The position numbers and the translations under genes were made by a program. A DNA stretch of 64,000 nt from Bacteroidota bacterium. GTDB lineage: Bacteria > Bacteroidota > Bacteroidia > NS11-12g > UBA9320. The stretch spans positions 43,721 to 107,720 of the forward strand of contig CANIKO010000013.1 of assembly GCA_947468275.1 (NCBI GenBank), given 5' to 3'. Positions within the stretch are counted from its first letter, which is position 1; each line of letters opens with the position of its first letter. Positions 55,703 through 64,000 of the stretch are shown in pieces. The notes beneath the pieces are model-generated. The model made no database searches. It worked only from the letters and a program-made list of their open reading frames with translations, and had not been told where the DNA came from.

Positions 55703-56257
55703 CTACCCCTTAACCTTCAAATTATTGAAAACCCCGTTGGTGATATTTACTGAATCCATGCGGATAGCTTTGTTAGGGTCGGTATAATCCAACAAAAGCG
55801 CTTTGGCTGAAAAAGTGCCTGACATGGTATTGGCTGCATTTTTTGTCACATTAATAGTTCCACCTTCCAAATACCATTTTTTGTCATCGGCATCTATATA
55901 AAATCCTATGCCAGTGTACTGGTCGTTTTCAATACTAAAAATTTTGCCGGAGGCAATTACACCTTTGGGCATTGGAATGGCCATATCCAAATTAAATTTT
56001 CCGGATTTGGCAAATCCTGTAAAGTAAGTTTTGCCCCCATAATCAGCCTGAACTTTTGAAAATTCGATTTTTTGGCCATCAAAATAAAGACTAAAATCAG
56101 GATTGGTATTTAAGCCGGTTACTGTATTTCCGCCAGTACCGGTAGTGTCTTTTGGTGTAACGATTGGATTTACAGGGTCATCACCACCTTGACTACATGA
56201 TGCAAATGAAAAAGCCAATATAAAGGCTGCGAATAGGTTGTTTGTTTTTCTTATCAT
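55703..56257 (-). CDS. Hypothetical lipoprotein
   Basis: I re-set the start to MIRKTNNLFAAFILAFSFASC (lipobox). The longer track ORF would overlap lpxH. Confidence 0.5.
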   Translation of the reverse strand: MIRKTNNLFAAFILAFSFASCSQGGDDPVNPIVTPKDTTGTGGNTVTGLNTNPDFSLYFDGQKIEFSKVQADYGGKTYFTGFAKSGKFNLDMAIPMPKGVIASGKIFSIENDQYTGIGFYIDADDKKWYLEGGTINVTKNAANTMSGTFSAKALLLDYTDPNKAIRMDSVNITNGVFNNLKVKG

Positions 56258-56323
56258 AAAAAAGTGAACGGCGAAAATAAAACTATATTTCGCTACTCTC
56301 AAAAATGCATTAAGTTTGCAATT

Positions 56324-57067
56324 GTGGGTAACCTATATTTTGCATCCGATTTTCATTTGGGTGTTCCTAATGCACAGGAAAGTTTAATTCGTGAACGAAA
56401 ATTAGTGGCTTGGTTGGAATCAATAGCCCCCAATGCCGAAGAAATCTTTTTGGTTGGGGATGTTTTTGACTTTTGGTTTGAGTATAAATATGTAGTACCA
56501 AAAGGTTACACCCGTTTGTTGGGATGCCTTGCCAAATTAGCGGATAGCGGAATAAAACTCCATTTTTTTAAAGGCAACCACGATATGTGGATGTTTGGTT
56601 ATTTCGAACAGGAATTTGGAGCCACGGTGCACAGCAATGAATATATTTTTGAACGGGGTGGAAAGAAATTTTTTATTCATCACGGAGATGGCCTTGGCAA
56701 AGGCGATGAAAATTATAAACTGTTGAAAAAAATATTCAGAAGTGAATTGTGCCAACGTACGTTTGCATTTTTGCATCCTTCCATAGGTATTGGTTTAGCT
56801 AATTATTTTTCATCCAAAAGCCGCTTGGCTCAAATGCAATTTGAAAACGAAGAGATTGATATTGAAAAAGAATGGTTGGTGCAGTATTGCAAAGAAGTAT
56901 TGCAAACCACTCATTACGATTATATGATTTTTGGACACCGTCATTTGGCATTGGATATACCGATGGGCAATAATTCGCGGTATATAAATCTGGGGGATTG
57001 GTTTAAGTTTTATTCCTATGCCGAGTTTAAGGGAACAGATGTTGAGTTGTTAAAATACAATCCATGA
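56324..57067 (+). CDS. lpxH: UDP-2,3-diacylglucosamine diphosphatase (metallophosphoesterase)
   Basis: It has YFASDFHLG, GDVFDFW, GNHD and HGD. The GTG at 56324 gives the N-terminus MGNLYFASDFHLG, typical of LpxH. The track start at 56264 is also GTG. Confidence 0.8.
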   Translation: MGNLYFASDFHLGVPNAQESLIRERKLVAWLESIAPNAEEIFLVGDVFDFWFEYKYVVPKGYTRLLGCLAKLADSGIKLHFFKGNHDMWMFGYFEQEFGATVHSNEYIFERGGKKFFIHHGDGLGKGDENYKLLKKIFRSELCQRTFAFLHPSIGIGLANYFSSKSRLAQMQFENEEIDIEKEWLVQYCKEVLQTTHYDYMIFGHRHLALDIPMGNNSRYINLGDWFKFYSYAEFKGTDVELLKYNP

Positions 57068-57948
57068 TAACATTAGCCACCAAATCACAAAAACACAAAA
57101 GAATCACGAAATGCTTTGTGAAACATGGTGCCTTTGTGCCTTCATGGCAAAAATTTTTAATCCTTTTAATTCTTTTTTGTTCTTTTAGCCTAACGCCTGA
57201 ATTTAGTTTGGAAGGTGAAATAAAAGGCCAGTTTAAATTTTTTACCACCGATAAATTGGGAAACGTATTTGTGTTAACTCAAAAAAATGATATTCAAAAA
57301 TTTGATAAAAAAGGCAAAAAACTAACCGAAGCAAATTTTAAAGTAATGGGCGATGCTACAATGATAGACGCCGGAAATCCTTTGGAAATTTATGTTTTTT
57401 ATAAAGACCAAAACAAATTGGTGTATTTTGATAATATGCTAAACTACCGCGGTGAAACCGACCTCTACAAAACCCTTGGAGTAAATAATATTCAGGCTGT
57501 TTGCCGCAGCTATGACAATGGTTTTTGGTTTTTTGACCCTGATAATTTTAAGCTTAAAAAAGCCGACAAGCTGGGCAGCCTTCAATCAGAATCTATTAAT
57601 TTGGCCAACATAGCTGATACCATTTTAACCCCGCAAATGCTTTTGGATGATGGAAAATTTGTTTACCTAAAAACCAATAACGACCGCCTTTTAGTATTTG
57701 ATATTTTAGGAAATTATATCAAAACCATTCCTTTGGAAAAATTCACTTCGTTCCAAGTAAGGGAAGAAAAGATAGTGTATTCTACGTCCAAAGATTTATT
57801 CGTTTACAATCCTTCAACTTTTGAAAAAGATTCATACAAACTAAGTTTAAGCCAAAATTTCAGTACCTCTAATTTTTTAAGTATTCGATTAGAAAATGAC
57901 CGACTGTATCTTCAGGATTCAGTTAAGATTGGGATTTATTCGTTTTAA
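57064..57948 (+). CDS. Hypothetical protein, possibly exported
   Basis: Its ATG overlaps the lpxH stop (ATGA). The N-terminal ~30 codons coincide with a REP-like hairpin element, so the true start is uncertain. FLILLILFCSFS looks like a signal h-region. Confidence 0.45.
   Translation: MITLATKSQKHKRITKCFVKHGAFVPSWQKFLILLILFCSFSLTPEFSLEGEIKGQFKFFTTDKLGNVFVLTQKNDIQKFDKKGKKLTEANFKVMGDATMIDAGNPLEIYVFYKDQNKLVYFDNMLNYRGETDLYKTLGVNNIQAVCRSYDNGFWFFDPDNFKLKKADKLGSLQSESINLANIADTILTPQMLLDDGKFVYLKTNNDRLLVFDILGNYIKTIPLEKFTSFQVREEKIVYSTSKDLFVYNPSTFEKDSYKLSLSQNFSTSNFLSIRLENDRLYLQDSVKIGIYSF
57077..57158. repeat. Second REP-like hairpin-forming element: (T)CACAAA(A) arms followed by CTTTGTG arms
   Basis: The sequence is ccaccaaatCACAAAaaCACAAAAGaatcacgaaatgCTTTGTGaaacatggtgcCTTTGTGccttcatggcaaaaa. 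It has the same architecture as the element at 50538-50638. Confidence 0.5.
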
Positions 57949-57953
57949 AAAAA

Positions 57954-58427
57954 TCACTTCCCACACTTTTTCTCAATAGAAATAAACTGATCTTTCATCC
58001 ATCTTTTTTTAGGCGTTGCTTTTTTATGCCTGTTTAAATAGTATAAACTTTTCGGACAATTATTTAAAAAATAGTACCCTAATGCTATATTCCAAAGGGC
58101 TGCTGAATATTTAGGGTTATGGTATAAAGCCTTTTCATAAGTTTTAATACTCTTTCTTAAAAGGTTAGTATCGTTGGTAAATCCATATTGAACATAATAA
58201 GCAAATCCTAAGTCGTAATAATACTGTTGGATATTTTTACTTAACACATTTGTATCAAAGGCTTCCAACTTTAAAGCGGTGCGATTGACTAAATCTTTAT
58301 CTTGTTTTCCACAAGTTAACGTTGTTAAACTATCTTGTATATCTAAATAATCAATCTTTTGAGCATTGGTTTCCTGATTAAGTGCTCCTAAAATAAGTGT
58401 GAAAAATAATGTTTTTATAAGATTCAT
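57954..58427 (-). CDS. Hypothetical secreted protein, TPR-like
   Basis: It has a signal peptide ([20 protein letters not shown]). Helical repeats with Y/A/L spacing are present ([27 protein letters not shown]). Confidence 0.45.
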   Translation of the reverse strand: MNLIKTLFFTLILGALNQETNAQKIDYLDIQDSLTTLTCGKQDKDLVNRTALKLEAFDTNVLSKNIQQYYYDLGFAYYVQYGFTNDTNLLRKSIKTYEKALYHNPKYSAALWNIALGYYFLNNCPKSLYYLNRHKKATPKKRWMKDQFISIEKKCGK

Positions 58428-58511
58428 TCCTTAACAAAAGTAACACTTATTGGCTGGTTAAAATATTCTGCACCCAAAATGTTCCCCCTTTGGGGGTTAG
58501 GGGGCTTTGCT

Positions 58512-58519
58512 TATCTTTG
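58512..58519 (+). promoter_or_regulatory. Candidate -7 box TATCTTTG, 7 nt upstream of the prfA ATG
   Basis: Exact TAnnTTTG match. It implies a leaderless or near-leaderless prfA mRNA. A CCCCC TTT GGGGG hairpin precedes it. Confidence 0.4.
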
Positions 58520-58526
58520 CAGCCAT

Positions 58527-59600
58527 ATGCTGGATAAGCTGGAAGCCATACACGCCCGATTTAAAGAAGTAGAACTGCTGCTAAGCAGCGCCGATACGAT
58601 GTCGGACATGCAAAAATTTAAACAACTCAATAAAGAATACGTTGACCTCAAGGAGGTGGACGAAGTCTATCAGGAATATCGCGTTTTAGTGAAAAATCTT
58701 GCCGAAGCCAAACATATTCTTAATACTGAAAAGGATGATGAATTAAAGGATATGGCCAAAATGGAAATTGAGGAATTATCTGACCGACAACAAGTATTAG
58801 AAAAAAATACCCGTGCCATGTTGCTTCCCAAAGATCCGGAAGATGCAAAAAATGCAATCATAGAAATTAGGGGCGGAACTGGCGGAGATGAAGCCAGTAT
58901 TTTTGCAGGTGACCTTTTGAGAATGTATCTTAAATATTTTGAAAAGAAAGGCTGGCAAAGTGCCATATTAGACGAAAACGAAGGTTCGGCTGGAGGATAT
59001 AAGGAAGTTGTGGTGGAAGTAAACGGAAGAGATGTTTACGGTACCATGAAATTTGAAAGTGGCGTGCATCGTGTGCAACGTGTTCCCGAAACCGAAGCCA
59101 GTGGACGGGTTCACACATCGGCTGCAACGGTTGCCGTTTTACCCGAAGCAGAGGAAGTCGACTTTTTCTTAAACCCAGCAGATGTAAAAATGGAAACTTC
59201 TCGAAGTGGTGGAGCAGGAGGGCAAAACGTAAATAAAGTGGAAACTAAAGTACAGCTAACGCATGGACCAACAGGTGTTGTAGTAATTTGCCAAACAGAA
59301 CGAACCCAGTTAAAAAACCGTGAAAAGGCGATGAATATGTTGAGGTCGAAACTATATGAAGAAGAAGTAAGAAAACACGAAGCAGCCATTGCCGGAAAAC
59401 GAAAAACCATGGTGAGCACCGGCGACAGAAGTGCTAAAATCAGAACCTATAATTATCCTCAAGGACGAGTAACTGACCATAGAATTGGATTAACACTTTA
59501 TAATTTACCTGAGGTAATGAATGGCGATATTCAAGAAATTATAGAACAACTTCAATTGGCTGAAAATGCTGAAAGAATGAAAGAAGGAGGAATGGCTTAA
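58527..59600 (+). CDS. prfA: Peptide chain release factor 1
   Basis: I re-set the start to [12 protein letters not shown] (357 aa). It has an RF1-type tripeptide context ([17 protein letters not shown], PxT) and the GGQ motif [14 protein letters not shown]. Confidence 0.9.
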   Translation: MLDKLEAIHARFKEVELLLSSADTMSDMQKFKQLNKEYVDLKEVDEVYQEYRVLVKNLAEAKHILNTEKDDELKDMAKMEIEELSDRQQVLEKNTRAMLLPKDPEDAKNAIIEIRGGTGGDEASIFAGDLLRMYLKYFEKKGWQSAILDENEGSAGGYKEVVVEVNGRDVYGTMKFESGVHRVQRVPETEASGRVHTSAATVAVLPEAEEVDFFLNPADVKMETSRSGGAGGQNVNKVETKVQLTHGPTGVVVICQTERTQLKNREKAMNMLRSKLYEEEVRKHEAAIAGKRKTMVSTGDRSAKIRTYNYPQGRVTDHRIGLTLYNLPEVMNGDIQEIIEQLQLAENAERMKEGGMA

Positions 59601-59690
59601 GTTAAAAGTTAAAAACGGAAAAATTTGAAAAATATTGCATCTATATTAGTTCTAATTCTCATCAGCTGTCAATCCATTAATAAAAAAAAT

Positions 59691-60071
59691 ATGACAAAAT
59701 CTATAATAAATACCCCAAATGCTCCGGCTCCAATAGGGCCTTATAACCAAGCAGTGCTTAGCGGAAACACTCTGTATGTTTCAGGTGCAATTGCCATTGA
59801 AGTTTCAAGCGGCCACATGATTCAAACCGACATTGAAGCCGAAACCCATCAGGTAATGAAAAACCTTGGGGAAATATTAAAAGCCGCCAATATGGATTAT
59901 TCTAATATTGTAAAGTCAACGATTTTTGTAACCGACCTTGGAAATTTTGCAAAAATAAATGCTGTATATGGCAGTTATTTTAAATCGGATTTCCCGGCTC
60001 GCGAAACGGTTCAGGTTTCAGCATTACCGAAAGCGGCAAATGTTGAAATTTCTGTGATTGCGGTGAAATAA
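59691..60071 (+). CDS. ridA: RidA/YjgF-family reactive-intermediate deaminase
   Basis: From the ATG at 59691 it is 126 aa: APAPIGPYNQAV..GNTLYVSG...FPARETVQVSALPKAANVEI. An upstream in-frame TTG (59625) would add a lipoprotein-like signal (see findings). Confidence 0.85.
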   Translation: MTKSIINTPNAPAPIGPYNQAVLSGNTLYVSGAIAIEVSSGHMIQTDIEAETHQVMKNLGEILKAANMDYSNIVKSTIFVTDLGNFAKINAVYGSYFKSDFPARETVQVSALPKAANVEISVIAVK

Positions 60072-60125
60072 AAAAAACGGAGTTTCCCTCGTTTCCTTTT
60101 ATAAAATTATCTTTTTGTTAAAGAA

Positions 60126-61625
60126 TTAAAACCGAGAGGTAAAGGTAATAACCATTGTGTTTCCTGAAAACTTATTATCGGCAAGCGCCTGTGGACGAGT
60201 TTTATCATTTAACACATACGGTTGAAAAACATCTTTGCCAAGGGTATGAACCAAACCAAAATCTAGCGCCCAGGTTTTGTCCCTTATTCCCAAACCTCCG
60301 GTTACATAATCCAAGCGTTGGCTATTATTGGTGCTTTGCAAAAAGGGTGAACCATAACTAGCAAAACCCCCTCTTAATCTAAACTCGTCCATTACCAGTT
60401 CCCCTCCCACTCTATAATTAAGGGCAGTGGTATATTTTTTGCGAATATCATCATTGGCTATTTCCATAGCATTGTTTCCATCAGTGCTTCTCAATCGCAT
60501 GGCTGAATAATCCACACCCTCCAAATCAGCACTTATAAAACCCTTTTTACCCATAATTCCGGTAGCACTTAACGTATAACGCCCTGGCGTTTGCAGGCTA
60601 TAGCTATAATCCCCCTTTTTGCTGTCAAAATTAAAATTTGTACCATTACGGATAGTTGAATTTATTGAAAAATCATAGTTATCGGTTAAGTTAATAATTT
60701 GTGGGGTTTGAAGACTTGCTCCTAATCTTAAATAATCATGTGGTTTTATAATAATCCCTAATCTACCTGAAAACCCGCCACCACGGGTATGTAAATTTTC
60801 GGAATACGTAAAATTATCCATTGAATAAGGACTCACATTAGCAGGATCATTTGTTTCAGCATGAGTTCGGGTTTCTTTAAAATTAACCGAAGTATAACTT
60901 AAGGTTGCTCCCAAATAAACCACATCACTATAATTGCCGGCCAATGAAAAATTATACTCATTCATCCCACCGCTTTGTTGCAAAACACCTTTTTGATTTA
61001 TGTTGTGAAATATAGGGCTAGCATTAGCAGTATATTTTTTGTCGCCTGTTGAATCAAAAAGATACGCTTCCCAGGCCATAGTTGTTTTTGAAGAAAACCC
61101 ATTATCAAAATCATCGTTAGATGCACGAATTTGATTAACAGTTGAACCATTAGCCCGTTCTGCAAAATAATCCATTAAGCTAGTTTGAGTATTGATACCT
61201 TCAAAATTGATAACACGATTAAAATCAGCCACTTTAGCCATATTCACAGCGAACGAATAATTTTTCCATCCACGTTCGTCTTTTTTGGCAGCGGTTGGAT
61301 TTGCAAACACTAACCCAAAATTGGGAATATTCATTTTAAATGCATTGTCAGAAACTGAGTTATTTAAATACGTACTCACATTTTTATTATTGACAAATCC
61401 CGCCGAAAAACTGAACTCCCCCTTTTTATATTGGGCCAATCCTGCTGGGTTTACGGAAGCGGATGAAACATCAGCCCCTAACGAACCAACAGCCCCGGCA
61501 ATGGACATGGACTTAGCAGTACTTCCAAATTTTTTATTGGTATAACGAATGGCATCAGCGTCATTTTGTGCCATGACTTGGAAACAAAAGATTCCCATAA
61601 AGCCTGTTACTATAAACTTTTTCAT
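60126..61625 (-). CDS. FadL/OmpP1-like outer-membrane beta-barrel protein
   Basis: It has a signal peptide (GFMGIFCFQVMAQ) and the N-terminal pattern DAIRYT...GSTAKSMSIAGAVGSLGADVSSASVNPAGLA. It has alternating-strand character and the C-terminal ...MVITFTSRF. Confidence 0.55.
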   Translation of the reverse strand: MKKFIVTGFMGIFCFQVMAQNDADAIRYTNKKFGSTAKSMSIAGAVGSLGADVSSASVNPAGLAQYKKGEFSFSAGFVNNKNVSTYLNNSVSDNAFKMNIPNFGLVFANPTAAKKDERGWKNYSFAVNMAKVADFNRVINFEGINTQTSLMDYFAERANGSTVNQIRASNDDFDNGFSSKTTMAWEAYLFDSTGDKKYTANASPIFHNINQKGVLQQSGGMNEYNFSLAGNYSDVVYLGATLSYTSVNFKETRTHAETNDPANVSPYSMDNFTYSENLHTRGGGFSGRLGIIIKPHDYLRLGASLQTPQIINLTDNYDFSINSTIRNGTNFNFDSKKGDYSYSLQTPGRYTLSATGIMGKKGFISADLEGVDYSAMRLRSTDGNNAMEIANDDIRKKYTTALNYRVGGELVMDEFRLRGGFASYGSPFLQSTNNSQRLDYVTGGLGIRDKTWALDFGLVHTLGKDVFQPYVLNDKTRPQALADNKFSGNTMVITFTSRF

Positions 61626-61652
61626 AATTTTAAAAAAGATCTCAAATATTAC

Positions 61653-63278
61653 TTATCTACCTCTGCCTCTTGAAGGAGTTGATGAAGAACCTCCTCCTGA
61701 ATTACCTCCACTTGACGAAGGAGAATATCCGCCGCCGCCTCTACTTCCACCACCGTCATAAGAACGAGGGGAAGGAGAACTTTGCCTTTGGTAATTATTA
61801 TTGGCAGGTTGATCATTTTCTCTACTTCTGCTTTCGGCAGGTTGGTATACTCTGCCGCGAGTATTTCGTTCCTCCTTGGGTTTTTGGTAAGTAGCATTCG
61901 GAGTATTATCTTGCTGATAAGATCGTGTAGTATTTTCTTTTGTTTCAGTATTTCTTCCCCGTGAATTTGGTGTTGAACTACCATTATTTGAGGGGGGGTC
62001 GTTACCACGTGAAGGAGAATCATAGCTACTTTCTTCCATTGTGTTAGTTCGATCTATTTCCCTTCTTCTGCCTGAATTATCTCCGTTACCTCCATTTAAT
62101 GTCCCATTATTATTACTATACACCCTTTCTGAACTGCTATTATCAGATGATCTTGCGGTTGCATTACTCCCATTATCTGGCACAGCAATCACCTCTTTAT
62201 TTTTATCAGTCATTCTAGAACGAGAATCTGTTGGATTATTACTACCATCATTTCCACCCATTGCACCTCTTTTATCATTTTTAGGATCATAAGTCGTTCC
62301 GCCTTTAGGATCTTGCTGAACCATCCCTCCCCTGCTTCGAGGTGAAATTTGATCATTACGCGAGTTAGATGGTGTATTACTGCCTATGGATTCACGAGGG
62401 CCTGTCATTTTTCTTTTATCAGGAATATAACCGCTACCATTGTTTCCACCATTATTTATTGAATATACATGCACAGGACGATACCAAGGGCTATAATAAT
62501 TATTATAACCTCCATATCCATAATTATTGCCGTATCCATAATTTCCATACCCATAACTGTAAGGATTGTAATAGCCATAAGGAGTTCCACCATTATAAAT
62601 ATTAGAGTAGTAGCCCCAACCTCCTGAATATCCGTACCAAGGATCGTAAAAATTATTGTAACATGGGTAATAACTTGTTCTCCAACCCCAGGCAGGATAA
62701 CCATAATTATATCCTCCGCTCCAGCCGTTCCAAGTATTATAACCTACCCAAAAGCGATTTCTAGTAGGCCTATTCCATCCCCAAGTTGGGTTGCGATAAT
62801 AAGAGTTGTAATAACCGCCGCCCTGTCTGTAATTATTATATAAAGCATCACTATACCCATTATTATAGCCATTGCTGTAACTACCACTGTTTCTAAATCT
62901 GTTGAATGAATTTCCATATGAAAAATCATCGTCATCATCATAGTTGTAATTATTATTGGTGGATGAATTATTATAGGTTGTAGAATTATTGTTATTGCTA
63001 TTATTTGAAGTACTGTTTGGTTCTCTAACAATTTCTTCGGCTTCTCCATCTTTATACTTTTTATAAGCGGGTTCATCTGCAGCTGGGGTCACGGTTTGAT
63101 AATTACCATTGTCCACCTGTTTTTTCTCACTTTTCTTGGTTAAAACCTCCTTCTCATCATCCTTAGAAGTTGAGTATATATCATCATACTGACCCAGATT
63201 ATTATTTCCGTTTTGTTGCAATGAACTGCATGAAACAAAAACCAATAAAATAACGCTTAATTGTAAAAGTGTTTTCAT
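61653..63278 (-). CDS. Low-complexity lipoprotein with a Tyr/Gly/Asn/Trp-rich core and an Arg/Ser/Asn/Gly-rich tail ending in RGG-like repeats
   Basis: It has a signal peptide plus lipobox (LSVILLVFVSC). The frame stays open for 541 aa through DNA that also yields spurious ORFs in other frames. It sits 27 nt upstream of the FadL-like gene on the same strand. Confidence 0.6.
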   Translation of the reverse strand: MKTLLQLSVILLVFVSCSSLQQNGNNNLGQYDDIYSTSKDDEKEVLTKKSEKKQVDNGNYQTVTPAADEPAYKKYKDGEAEEIVREPNSTSNNSNNNNSTTYNNSSTNNNYNYDDDDDFSYGNSFNRFRNSGSYSNGYNNGYSDALYNNYRQGGGYYNSYYRNPTWGWNRPTRNRFWVGYNTWNGWSGGYNYGYPAWGWRTSYYPCYNNFYDPWYGYSGGWGYYSNIYNGGTPYGYYNPYSYGYGNYGYGNNYGYGGYNNYYSPWYRPVHVYSINNGGNNGSGYIPDKRKMTGPRESIGSNTPSNSRNDQISPRSRGGMVQQDPKGGTTYDPKNDKRGAMGGNDGSNNPTDSRSRMTDKNKEVIAVPDNGSNATARSSDNSSSERVYSNNNGTLNGGNGDNSGRRREIDRTNTMEESSYDSPSRGNDPPSNNGSSTPNSRGRNTETKENTTRSYQQDNTPNATYQKPKEERNTRGRVYQPAESRSRENDQPANNNYQRQSSPSPRSYDGGGSRGGGGYSPSSSGGNSGGGSSSTPSRGRGR

Positions 63279-63308
63279 GATAAAAATATTTAATTATGCA
63301 TTTAGTTT

Positions 63309-63316
63309 TAACTTTG
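63309..63316 (+). promoter_or_regulatory. Candidate -7 box TAACTTTG, 52 nt upstream of proS
   Basis: Exact TAnnTTTG match. Confidence 0.35.
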
Positions 63317-63367
63317 CATTTTAATAAAGACAATTCCTATACCAAAGATACAACATAAAATTAATAG

Positions 63368-64000
<633 letters not shown>

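Noticed and set aside
57027-57248. Minus-strand ORF 57027..57248
   Set aside because: It is the antisense read-through of the REP-like hairpin element and the lpxH 3' end. Its peptide (…FTKHFVILLCFCDLVA…) is typical of repeat translations.
58479-59600. Release factor 2 with a programmed +1 frameshift
   Set aside because: The frame is continuous. The tripeptide context is PxT-type (VPETE), not SPF. The length from the ATG at 58527 (357 aa) fits RF1. No CTT TGA C slippery site was seen.
61549-63076. Multiple ORFs in other frames or on the other strand over the low-complexity gene (61549..61761+, 61649..62023-, 61670..61894+, 61782..61964+, 62041..62292+, 62369..62605+, 62456..62704-, 62744..63076-)
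   Set aside because: They are by-products of repetitive, stop-poor DNA. Only the 541-aa frame has a start with a signal peptide or lipobox and spans the whole region.

Overview
This is an AT-rich chromosomal segment (by eye about one-third G+C) that looks like Bacteroidota, probably Flavobacteriia- or Cytophagia-like. The evidence for that placement: seven proteins end in type IX secretion (T9SS) C-terminal sorting domains (six type A-like, one type B gliding-motility CTD). There is also a GldE-like CNNM protein, a PorV/PorQ-like barrel, tandem OmpH/Skp genes next to murI, and TAnnTTTG -7 boxes close to start codons.

I count about 50 protein-coding genes. The backbone is housekeeping: rnr (partial), kdsD, manC-like, recQ, tyrS, menF, greA, murI, trhO, anmK, a GDH-family gene, polA, lpxH, prfA, ridA and proS (partial). 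Secreted or surface proteins of unknown function are interspersed among them.

I saw no rRNA, tRNA, CRISPR array, transposase or integrase, and no recognisable defence, toxin or retroelement system. I therefore cannot claim a clear novel system.

The candidates most worth follow-up are:
1. A three-gene outer-membrane module at 25670-34639: a TonB-dependent-like barrel, a 1323-aa CTD-bearing giant protein and a PorV-like barrel.
2. An extremely Tyr/Gly/Asn/Trp-rich lipoprotein with an RG-rich tail, encoded next to a FadL-like barrel at 60126-63278.
3. A C9 homopolymer inside the 5' end of a T9SS cargo gene.
4. An arginase-fold protein whose metal ligands look replaced.
5. Several repeat or hairpin structures outside or at the edge of genes.

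All family calls come from motif recognition by eye on the supplied translations. No searches were run. Many ORF-track starts are longest-ORF TTG/GTG starts, and I re-set them where a signal peptide or a conserved N-terminus argued for it.
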